From: an uncultured Dehalococcoidales bacterium
GTDB lineage: Bacteria; Chloroflexota; Dehalococcoidia; GIF9; AB-539-J10
NCBI GenBank assembly: GCA_964509565.1
Contig: CAZDXE010000001.1
Span: 3,670 to 67,669, forward strand
Direction of reading: 5' to 3'
DNA: 64,000 nucleotides
Shown: piece after piece, positions 20,415-28,409 of the stretch
Layout of the letters: every line of letters begins with the position of its first letter
Position numbering within the stretch: the first letter of the stretch is position 1
Notes under the pieces: generated by a model
Told to the model about the DNA's origin: nothing
Databases searched by the model: none
The model's input: the letters and a program-made list of their open reading frames with translations, nothing else
Translations under genes and position numbers: made by a program

Positions 20415-20898
20415 ATTTACTTAATATTGAGGCAACTTGACCAGTGTTTACTTGTCCAAAATACTTGCCATCAATCCTTACCACCGGGCCCAGGGCACAA
20501 CATCCCATACAATTCACCGTTTCTAGCGTGAACTTAAAGTCACCAGTCGTTTCCCCGGCGTTAATTTCTAATCTTCGCTCAATTTGCTCCAACACTTTAG
20601 ATGCACCTCTAACATGGCAGGCAGTTCCCAGACAAACGCTAACTGTATGTCTGCCCTTAGGTTCAAGGCTAAAAGTTTTGAAGAAAGTAGCTACGCTATA
20701 CACCCGGCTTAACGGAATATCCACAACCTCACTTACCTGCACTAAAGCTTCCTTGGGTAAATAGTGAAAGCTGGACTGGATATCCTGCAATATAGCAATC
20801 AACTGGCCTTCTTCAGCCTTATATTTATCAATAATGGCAGTAACTTCCTGCTTATCCATAATTTCATTGTGAGCAGTGCCTGATTTTTCCCTGGTCAT
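20407..20898 (-). CDS. NuoE/HoxE/HndA-like thioredoxin-like [2Fe-2S] ferredoxin subunit
   Basis: 163 aa with the C-x4-C..(x35)..C-x3-C pattern ([21 protein letters not shown]) of 24-kDa subunit homologs. Overlaps neighbours by 8 and 4 nt. Confidence 0.85.
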   Translation of the reverse strand: MTREKSGTAHNEIMDKQEVTAIIDKYKAEEGQLIAILQDIQSSFHYLPKEALVQVSEVVDIPLSRVYSVATFFKTFSLEPKGRHTVSVCLGTACHVRGASKVLEQIERRLEINAGETTGDFKFTLETVNCMGCCALGPVVRIDGKYFGQVNTGQVASILSKYE

Positions 20899-21815
20899 TG
20901 AGCAGCTTTCTCCTTGATTCTGGCATATTCCTTGTTTACTCTCTGCTGTATTTTATCCACCAGCTCCGGTGTAAGATGTCTGAATCTCCCCTGGGGTTTC
21001 AGATAATCTATAACAGGGCGCAGCTGTGGCGGGTCATAATTCAAGCTATATTTTCCATTCTCTACTTCATAAAGGGGGAAAACACCTGTTTCTACTGCCA
21101 GCCTGCCCAGCTTTATGGTCATATCGGTAGGAATTCGCCAGCCTGTAGGGCAAACAGCAAATACGTGAAGGTAACTTGGGCCCTCAATTGCTATTGCCTT
21201 TTTTACCTTGTTCATAAGGTCGAAGGGATAGCTTGCAGAGGCAGTAGCTACGTAGGCAATATCATGAGCTACAGCGATAGCTGGCATATTTTTCTTCCAT
21301 GTGCTTTGCCCAAAACTGGTTTTGCCCGCTGGTTGGGTGGTAGTTGAAGCACCGAATGGAGTGGCACTCGACCTTTGAATACCTGTATTCATGTAAGCCT
21401 CGTTATCAAGGCAAACATAAAGAAAATCATGTCCTCTCTCAAAAGCGCCAGATAAGGCCCCGAGGCCAATATCAAAAGTTGCTCCATCTCCACCTATAGC
21501 TACTACCTTAGCTCTGGGCAAAGAAGCTCCTTTGCGAGCCAGAGCTTTTCTGGCAGATTCTATGCCTGTAGCTACCGGGGCAGCATTCTCAAATAAGGTA
21601 TGAATCCAGGGAACCTCCCACGCAGTATAAGGAAGTTGCGAGGATATAATTTCCATGCAGCCAGTGGACATAACAACGATCACATCTCGCCCTAAAGCTT
21701 TCATTACAAGCTTCAACGCCAGAGCCTCGCCACACCCTGAACAGGCACGATGTCCCGGGGTAAAGCTTTGCCTCTTTGTTACCAGACGAGGTGCATATAT
21801 GCTCAGAGTTTCCAT
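20895..21815 (-). CDS. porB: Pyruvate/2-oxoacid:ferredoxin oxidoreductase beta subunit (TPP-binding)
   Basis: ..VIVVMSTGCMEI..AIGGDGATFDIG.. TPP/Mg-binding GDG motif. 306 aa. Confidence 0.88.
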   Translation of the reverse strand: METLSIYAPRLVTKRQSFTPGHRACSGCGEALALKLVMKALGRDVIVVMSTGCMEIISSQLPYTAWEVPWIHTLFENAAPVATGIESARKALARKGASLPRAKVVAIGGDGATFDIGLGALSGAFERGHDFLYVCLDNEAYMNTGIQRSSATPFGASTTTQPAGKTSFGQSTWKKNMPAIAVAHDIAYVATASASYPFDLMNKVKKAIAIEGPSYLHVFAVCPTGWRIPTDMTIKLGRLAVETGVFPLYEVENGKYSLNYDPPQLRPVIDYLKPQGRFRHLTPELVDKIQQRVNKEYARIKEKAAQ

Positions 21816-22990
21816 TATTTCTCCCTTACATCAAACACTTCGACTTCACCAAGTTTGCCTTGACTAGCTTTATCCATTCCACGATGTATCATATTTTGAA
21901 AGTCTTCAACTGAAATATCTCTACCACCCAATCCGCCGATAAAACCAATAACCTGTGGCCTTTCTTTCAAATGATATAAGGCAGCCTGTACTTCAGAGCA
22001 AACAGGCCCTGGCCCACCAACGGAAAGGGCACGGTCAAGAACGATGAGCAATTTTGCTTGACCTACAGTTTGGCGGAATTGCTCAAAGGGAAATGGCCGC
22101 CACAGGCGTAATCTCACCAGGCCCACTTTCTCTCCCGCTTTCTTGAGTCTATCTATAGCTTCCATGGCCACTTCGCTGAAACTTCCCATAGTCAGAAGTA
22201 AAACATCTGCATCCTCTGCTCCATAGGTTTCCACAGGCGAATAGTTACGTCCGAATTCTTCTCCAAACTTTTGCCATACCTGGGTAATCACCTTTAGTGA
22301 GTTTCGCAAAGCCATATCATGCGCTACCTTAGCCTCAGTATAAAGGTCAGGTAGAGCAAAATCTCCCATAGCTACTGGATTATTCACATCGAGAACAAAA
22401 GGATGATGATATTTGGGAAGAAATCCAGTTACCTTCTCCTGTTCAGGAAGCAAGACAGCTTCAATAACATGTGATAGGTGAAAACCATCAATATGAATCA
22501 TGGTAGGAAGAAGAACCGCAGGGTCTTCAGCAATGTGGAAAGCACATACAGTCAAATCGAAAGACTGTTGAGCATTCTCAGCAAATATCTGAACCCAGCC
22601 TGTATCGCGAACAGACATAACGTCGGAGTGGTCTCCCCAGATACTTAACGGTACTGACAACGCCCTGTTGCATACAGACATAACTATAGGTAGCCGCATC
22701 CCTGATGCTACATATACTACTTCGTGCATTAGCTCCAGTCCCTGACCAGAGGTAGCGATGAAAGTCCGCCCGCCTGCTGCCGAAGAGCCAAGGCAGGCAC
22801 TCAATGCTGAGTGCTCTGATTCAACAGGTATATAATTTGCATCCAGTTCCCCATTAGCAACCAATTGTGCCACCCGTTCTACAATATGGGTCTGAGGAGT
22901 AATAGGGTAAGCCGCACAGACGTCAATATTAGCCATCTTGACTGCTTCCGCTATGGCAAAGGAAGATTCAAAAGCTACTCTTCTCTCCAT
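21815..22990 (-). CDS. porA: Pyruvate/2-oxoacid:ferredoxin oxidoreductase alpha subunit
   Basis: 391 aa. AIAEAVKMANIDVCAAYPITPQT.. pyrimidine-binding domain. 1-nt overlap with porB. Confidence 0.88.
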   Translation of the reverse strand: MERRVAFESSFAIAEAVKMANIDVCAAYPITPQTHIVERVAQLVANGELDANYIPVESEHSALSACLGSSAAGGRTFIATSGQGLELMHEVVYVASGMRLPIVMSVCNRALSVPLSIWGDHSDVMSVRDTGWVQIFAENAQQSFDLTVCAFHIAEDPAVLLPTMIHIDGFHLSHVIEAVLLPEQEKVTGFLPKYHHPFVLDVNNPVAMGDFALPDLYTEAKVAHDMALRNSLKVITQVWQKFGEEFGRNYSPVETYGAEDADVLLLTMGSFSEVAMEAIDRLKKAGEKVGLVRLRLWRPFPFEQFRQTVGQAKLLIVLDRALSVGGPGPVCSEVQAALYHLKERPQVIGFIGGLGGRDISVEDFQNMIHRGMDKASQGKLGEVEVFDVREK

Positions 22991-22993
22991 TTT

Positions 22994-23878
22994 CTATGCC
23001 TCAACCATAGTTATGGCTCCCGTCCAGCACTCACGGGCACAAATGCCACATCCTTTACAATAAAATTCATCAGCTTCAAAATAACCCTCCGCATCCTGGC
23101 GAATACAATCTTCAGGGCAAAAGAGAGCACACATACCACATTTAATACATTTCACGTTATCTCTCACAGGGCGTTCTGATTTCCAATATCCAGTTTGGTA
23201 GCTCCTGGCATTCCCCATCTCAGTTACTACAAAACCAGGATTTAGCTCTTTCCATGATAGGCTTTTCTCGACAGGGTAGACTTTTTTGGGTTTCTTAGCG
23301 CCAGGGATTGATTCCATTATAAGAGCTTCTTCATATGCTCTGCTGCAAGCCTTAACATTGATTTCACTTAGTTTGCCAAATCTTTCTTGCAGCGGCTGAG
23401 TTAAAGATTCCAGATTAACCATACCAGTTGCCTTTATCAGGGCTCCTAACATAGCAGTATTGACAATAGGTCTCTTCAGTATATCCCGGGCAATAGCAGT
23501 AGCATCTACTACTGCTAATTTCCATGGGCCACCAATTTCCGAATTTACGATGGCTAATCCTTTTGAGCTATTTACTACGAGAACGCCGCCATCCTTGAGC
23601 CCATGGGTAACATCGATAATACCAAGCAAGCCAGGATCTAATATCACAACGACATCAGGTTCAGCAATAGCAGCCCTGGATCTGATAGGTTTATCTATAC
23701 TTACGCGATTGAAAGCTATGACGGGAGCCCCTCTCCTCTCAGGGCCGAAGCTGGGGAAAGCTTGAGCAATTTTGCCTTCCTTTATTGCAGTTGAAGCCAG
23801 AAGTTCCGCCGATGTTACCGCTCCCTGTCCTCCTCTGCCATGCCAGCGAATCTCTATAATATTATCCATCACTTGCAA
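22994..23878 (-). CDS. Pyruvate:ferredoxin oxidoreductase gamma-delta fusion (PorG plus 2x[4Fe-4S] PorD)
   Basis: N-terminus IEIRWHGRGGQGAVTSAELLA.. is gamma-type. C-terminus CIKCGMCALFCPEDCI...CKGCGICARECWTGAI is the delta ferredoxin. 4 nt upstream of porA. Confidence 0.85.
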   Translation of the reverse strand: MQVMDNIIEIRWHGRGGQGAVTSAELLASTAIKEGKIAQAFPSFGPERRGAPVIAFNRVSIDKPIRSRAAIAEPDVVVILDPGLLGIIDVTHGLKDGGVLVVNSSKGLAIVNSEIGGPWKLAVVDATAIARDILKRPIVNTAMLGALIKATGMVNLESLTQPLQERFGKLSEINVKACSRAYEEALIMESIPGAKKPKKVYPVEKSLSWKELNPGFVVTEMGNARSYQTGYWKSERPVRDNVKCIKCGMCALFCPEDCIRQDAEGYFEADEFYCKGCGICARECWTGAITMVEA

Positions 23879-23887
23879 CTTCTACTC

Positions 23888-23959
23888 TACCCCTGAAGGG
23901 ACTCGAACCCTTGCACCTGGCTCCGGAGGCCAGCGCTCTATCCTCTGAGCTACAGGGGC
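23888..23959 (-). tRNA. tRNA-Arg (anticodon CCG)
   Basis: Reverse complement GCCCCTGTAGCTCAGAGGATAGAGCGCTGGCCTCCGGAGCCAGGTGCAAGGGTTCGAGTCCCTTCAGGGGTA. Anticodon loop CTCCGGA gives CCG. Good cloverleaf; CCA not encoded. Confidence 0.87.
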
Positions 23960-24172
23960 GGGAGATATACTCTACCACCATCAAGTAATTTAATCAAACA
24001 AACTGCGAGGAACCTATTTAGTGGCTCAATGCACATAAAATCTGCGATGGCAAAAACGAAATTGCCAGATAGCATTTCCTTGTTATTTACTTTTATGGTA
24101 TATTTTAGTTTATAATATAGATTGAATGGCGTAATATGTATTATAAAGTAACATGATTAGGAGGGTTGTTAA

Positions 24173-25858
24173 ATGAAATTACTATCTCGGCTGCTTATTG
24201 CTCTACTTGCCTGCCTTATTGCCATTCCTGCGATGGCTACACCAGTTCAAGCTGCTGACATTTCCAGTATGTCGCTACATCCGAGTAGCGGCACAGTTGG
24301 AGAGGAAGTGTATATTACAGGCTCATGTGAGAGCAGTGATGATTATTGGGTATACTACCAGCTGAATACCAACGAATGGGTAGAAGTGCTGGAGGATAAT
24401 GACTTTGACTTTGACTCGAATGGGGAGGACTATGAATACAGCACCAAGGATGAGAAATTCCTCATCCCCGAGAGCTGCAGTGGAAAACACGCAATCACGA
24501 TTTGCGATAAAGACCTGGGGAGTTCAGTGGATGATGATGATGAAGTTGAAGACGATGAAAAATATTCAAAAGACTTCACTGTAAAGCCAAAAGTAGAAAT
24601 AATAGAGATAGCAGGCGACGAAATAGATGACCCCGATGATGCCAGAGGAGCAACGGGAATCGAAGTCACGGTGAAAGGCACCGGGTTCGGTGAGGATGAA
24701 GAGGATATCGATATATTGTTCGAGGGCGAAGTAGTATCAGATGAACAATTTGAAGCAGATGAATATGGCACATGGGAAGGAACCTTTGAGGTGCCCACTG
24801 CTACCAAGGGCGACCATGATGTTTCAGCCGAGGGTCATGATACCGATGAGGATGATGTCGAGGAAGCTACCTTTGAGGTAATGCCTGGTATAAGCGTGGA
24901 TCCGAAAAGTGGCTCACATGGTGAGACTGTAACTGTAACAGGCAACGGATTTGGAGAGGACGAAAGAAATATTAAAATACTGTTTGATGATGACACGATA
25001 GCCAGTGGCATCGAGGCTGATGAGGATGGCTGCTGGGAGGAGACTTTTGATGTGCCTCAATTTGCCAAAGGCAAATATGATATAACGGCCGAGGGTAGTT
25101 ATACTGATAAAGACGACATTGACGAAGTGGAATTTGAGATAGTGCCCGGATTAACATTGTCTCCTGTCCAAGGGAATGTGGGGACAACCTTATCCGTCAG
25201 CGGTAGTGGCTTCCCCAAGAACACGTCAGTAGTTATTACCTATGATGGAGTGACCAAGGGTAGCAGCACTACCCAGAGCAACGGCAGCTTTTCAGGCGTG
25301 AGCTTTGAGGCTACACATATTCAGACAACACACACTACAAAACATCCAGTGGTAGCTACTGGTGGTTCTACTACGCTTACCATCAACTTCACCATGGAAT
25401 CAGTTGCACCACCTGCCCCTACTCTCACATCTCCAACCGCTGAGGAAAGGGTCGGCTCCGTAATAGGCAGTAAATTTACTCCTGCATTCGAATGGCAAAC
25501 CGTAGTGGACGACAGTGGAATCAACTATTATAGCTTGCAAATAGCCAGCAATGTAGATTTTACTACGGAAGCTATACTATTTTCGCGGAATTTAACAGTG
25601 GCAGAGTTGGCTGCCGGCACAGGATCAAATACAATTAGTTATGCCCTTCCCAAAGATAGCGCTTTACTTTACGGCACCTACTATTGGAGAGTAAAAGCAA
25701 TTGACAATGCTCAGAATGAATCCGCATGGAGTGTTGCTCATTCCTTCAAGACCGGGCTTTTGCCCTTCTGGGCGCTTATATCTATTGCTTCTCTAATAGC
25801 AGTGCTCATTGGCGCTCTAGTTTATCTCCTCATCAAGAGGGGAGGGTCTTATGATTAA
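24173..25858 (+). CDS. Secreted, C-terminally membrane-anchored, highly acidic cell-surface protein with tandem IPT/TIG-like Ig-fold repeats and a C-terminal FN3-like domain
   Basis: Sec signal peptide (MKLLSRLLIALLACLIAIPAMATPVQA/AD). Three repeats of roughly 75 aa with the G.TVTV.G.GFGEDE..I.ILF....V.....EADE.G.WE.TF.VP....G..D..AEG pattern and more than 30% D/E. An FN3-like segment (YYWRVKAIDNAQNESAWS). A C-terminal hydrophobic helix plus KRGGSYD tail. Strong AGGAGGG SD. TTGAAT-N17-TAAAGT promoter-like sequence upstream. Confidence 0.7.
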   Translation: MKLLSRLLIALLACLIAIPAMATPVQAADISSMSLHPSSGTVGEEVYITGSCESSDDYWVYYQLNTNEWVEVLEDNDFDFDSNGEDYEYSTKDEKFLIPESCSGKHAITICDKDLGSSVDDDDEVEDDEKYSKDFTVKPKVEIIEIAGDEIDDPDDARGATGIEVTVKGTGFGEDEEDIDILFEGEVVSDEQFEADEYGTWEGTFEVPTATKGDHDVSAEGHDTDEDDVEEATFEVMPGISVDPKSGSHGETVTVTGNGFGEDERNIKILFDDDTIASGIEADEDGCWEETFDVPQFAKGKYDITAEGSYTDKDDIDEVEFEIVPGLTLSPVQGNVGTTLSVSGSGFPKNTSVVITYDGVTKGSSTTQSNGSFSGVSFEATHIQTTHTTKHPVVATGGSTTLTINFTMESVAPPAPTLTSPTAEERVGSVIGSKFTPAFEWQTVVDDSGINYYSLQIASNVDFTTEAILFSRNLTVAELAAGTGSNTISYALPKDSALLYGTYYWRVKAIDNAQNESAWSVAHSFKTGLLPFWALISIASLIAVLIGALVYLLIKRGGSYD

Positions 25859-25909
25859 ATTAAAGATCGCATAAACTATAATTTATGTGACTTTTATACG
25901 TGGCGCACA

Positions 25910-25927
25910 TTACTTTATGTAAAGTAA
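25910..25927. promoter_or_regulatory. Perfect palindrome TTACTTTA-TG-TAAAGTAA upstream of the tubulin-like gene (candidate operator/promoter element)
   Basis: An 8+8 inverted repeat with a 2-nt spacer, 21 nt upstream of the ATG at 25948. It shares the TAAAGTAA octamer with the region 24143-24150 upstream of the surface-protein gene. Confidence 0.35.
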
Positions 25928-25947
25928 TTTAAACGAGGAGGATTAAA

Positions 25948-27123
25948 ATGAAATTAACAGTTATTGGATTAGGACAATGTGGTTGCCGCATTGCTGACCA
26001 GTTTGCCAGGCTTAATTCCAAGGCACAAGTTGAGCGCAGGGCAACCATAGCGCCAGACATAGTCGCTGTGAACAGCGACCAGGCAGATTTAACTGGATTG
26101 AGATTTATTAAGAAAGACTATATGCATAGTATACTCATCGGTTTACGCCAGACATTGGGGCATGGCGTGGGCAAGATAAATGAAATAGGCGCCCAATTAG
26201 CCAGAGAAGATGGGGATAAGGTGATGGATGCTATAAAGGCAGAGCCAACGTTTTATGAAACACATGCTTTTCTGCTCATTGGTGGTGCTGCTGGTGGCAC
26301 TGGCTCAGGCGCATTACCTGTGATTGCTCAGATGATTAAGGAGAGGTATCTCAATAAACCGATTTATGCCCTTGTTGTATTACCATTTGAACATGAAATT
26401 AGCAGTGAGACCAGAAGCGTATACAACACAGCCACCTGTCTCAAATCCATATATGATGTAGCCGATGCCGTTTTCCTGGCTGATAACCAGAGGTATGTTA
26501 GAAAAGATGCCAGTCTGGCTAATAACATAGAAAAAATAAACCGTCATATTGCAGAACCCTTCTATGACTTGATGTGCGCTGGCGAAATAACTAAGCGCAA
26601 ATTCGTGGGCTCCAGAACTGTAGATGCAGGAGACATTATTGCCACACTGGAAGGCTGGACAGCTATTGGAATTGGTAGAACTCCGCTGCCGTCATTTCGT
26701 TTCCCATGGGAAATAAAGAAGAAAAGCTTCCACGAGAAAGCTATGGAAAGCTTTCGAGGCTCTCAGGCCCTGGATGCTACACTATCTGACCTCTCTATTG
26801 GCTGCGACCCTAATGATGCTGCCAGAATTACATATATTATATCTGGACCAGCCAAGGAAATGAACATGGATATGGTCAAAGGCGTTAGCGAGTATCTCAA
26901 AGAGATATCGCCCACTGCTTTAATCAGAGGCGGTGACTTCCCTGGTGAAAAACACTTTATCGATATCACATTGATATTATCTCAGCTCTCTTCCGTGCCT
27001 AAAATAAAGGACCTTTATGAGAAAGCTGTCAAATATGGACAGGAGCATAAAGGTCAAATAGAGGAAAGTCACAAAAAAATTCAATCCATGGCTGATGTAG
27101 GCAAGGAATTGCCCACATTGTAA
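25948..27123 (+). CDS. Tubulin/FtsZ-superfamily GTPase, CetZ-like and non-canonical (not the division FtsZ)
   Basis: N-terminal MKLTVIGLGQCGCRIADQF has the T1 loop GQCG, as in tubulin GQCGNQ and CetZ GFGQAGG. T4 signature IGGAAGGTGSGALPVIAQMIKE matches tubulin/CetZ GGGTGSG, against FtsZ GGGTGTG. A GHGVG motif and ..FLADNQRY.. (T7-like DN) follow. From memory, the N-terminal roughly 230 aa align along their length with Haloferax CetZ1. GAGGAGG SD. Confidence 0.75.
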   Translation: MKLTVIGLGQCGCRIADQFARLNSKAQVERRATIAPDIVAVNSDQADLTGLRFIKKDYMHSILIGLRQTLGHGVGKINEIGAQLAREDGDKVMDAIKAEPTFYETHAFLLIGGAAGGTGSGALPVIAQMIKERYLNKPIYALVVLPFEHEISSETRSVYNTATCLKSIYDVADAVFLADNQRYVRKDASLANNIEKINRHIAEPFYDLMCAGEITKRKFVGSRTVDAGDIIATLEGWTAIGIGRTPLPSFRFPWEIKKKSFHEKAMESFRGSQALDATLSDLSIGCDPNDAARITYIISGPAKEMNMDMVKGVSEYLKEISPTALIRGGDFPGEKHFIDITLILSQLSSVPKIKDLYEKAVKYGQEHKGQIEESHKKIQSMADVGKELPTL

Positions 27124-27140
27124 TAAGCAGGTTGCTTATT
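27122..27140 (+). terminator. Hairpin overlapping the tubulin-like gene stop (AATAAGCA-GGT-TGCTTATT) followed by TTCTGTG
   Basis: An 8-bp perfect stem with a 3-nt loop and a U-rich tail, immediately 3' of the TAA at 27121-27123. The next gene at 27164 has its own AGGAG SD. Confidence 0.4.
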
Positions 27141-27163
27141 TCTGTGACAGGAGAGCTTGATCT

Positions 27164-28273
27164 ATGGACAGCGAAATTGCACAAAGGCAAGAGAAAGCTC
27201 AAAAGCTGATAAGAGACAGTGGCTACGGGGCATTGGTATTGTCTGTTGCGGAAAACATACAGTACCTTACAGGTGTGACAGAGCCCAGTGTACATGCATG
27301 CAGTGTCGTTATAGCCACCCAGCAAAGTCAACCAGTGTTAGCAGTGATGTGGCTTGATAAAGAGTTTGCCCAAAAACAGGCAAAAGACATTGATATCAAA
27401 ACATACACTCCTTACACTCAAGGCACAATAATAATAGAAACACTCAAGCATCTCGGTGTCACGAAGGGGAAAATTGGCATGGATGATACTTCCCTTGAAG
27501 TGCTAGGGAACTCTTTGAGACGAGCGTTATCAAACATTGAACTTGTAAATGCTACTGAGGAAGCAGAGGGGTTGAGATCGGTGAAAACTGAGGAGGAAAT
27601 CAGTTTCATCCAGAAAGCCTGTGCAATTGCAGATGAGGGGATGAAGATTGCTCTAGAGTCTCTGAAACCAGGGGTGACAGAAATTCAAGTCGCTTCCTTG
27701 GCAGAACACCATATGATAACACTGGGCTCCGACAGGTTGAAGCACCCCACTATTCTAGGCTCTGGACCTCGAGCTAAGCTTCCCCATGCCTGGGCAACTC
27801 AGAAACAAATAGAAAACGGGGAAGTGGTCGCGATAGATTTGGGGGCAGTCTATAATGGCTACTGCTCAGATATAGCTCGGACCGCCGTTGTTGGTAAGCC
27901 AACCGCAGAGCTAAAAGATGCCTTTAACGCCTTCCGCATTGCACAGGACACAGTTTTGCAGCAACTCCGCCCTGGCGTAGCCATCGGAGAAATTCAAATT
28001 GCAGCCGAAGAGGCTACAAAAGCTACCGGGTATCGACTGCTAGCTCATGTGGGGCATAATGTTGGCCTACAAGTCGAAGAGCATCCTTTCCTGGAATCAT
28101 CCACCGCAGCAGACCCAGATTCGAAAATTGAGAAAAATATGGTCGTGGCTTTCTTCCAGGGTTCTATACAGGCGAAACAAAACCTCGGTATTAGGCTGGA
28201 GGATACCGCAGTCATAACAGAATCCGGGGCAAAAATGCTAACTACCTATCCCAGGAACCTATTCTTCCAGTGA
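27164..28273 (+). CDS. M24-family metallopeptidase (Xaa-Pro aminopeptidase/prolidase-like)
   Basis: Creatinase-like N-domain plus the pita-bread domain with metal ligands (..DLGAVYNGYCSDIARTAVVG.., HVGHNVGLQVEE.., ..GIRLEDT..). Confidence 0.85.
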   Translation: MDSEIAQRQEKAQKLIRDSGYGALVLSVAENIQYLTGVTEPSVHACSVVIATQQSQPVLAVMWLDKEFAQKQAKDIDIKTYTPYTQGTIIIETLKHLGVTKGKIGMDDTSLEVLGNSLRRALSNIELVNATEEAEGLRSVKTEEEISFIQKACAIADEGMKIALESLKPGVTEIQVASLAEHHMITLGSDRLKHPTILGSGPRAKLPHAWATQKQIENGEVVAIDLGAVYNGYCSDIARTAVVGKPTAELKDAFNAFRIAQDTVLQQLRPGVAIGEIQIAAEEATKATGYRLLAHVGHNVGLQVEEHPFLESSTAADPDSKIEKNMVVAFFQGSIQAKQNLGIRLEDTAVITESGAKMLTTYPRNLFFQ

Positions 28274-28409
28274 TAAGACTTTTCACCAGCAGCCACCATG
28301 TCCAGTAGATACGTGCATACGGCAATAGCACCTCAGTGGCTGTTTCTAATTCCAGTTTCTCCTCTCTCAATAATATGCTAATGACTCCACAGCCTCTAGA
28401 ATTTTCAGG

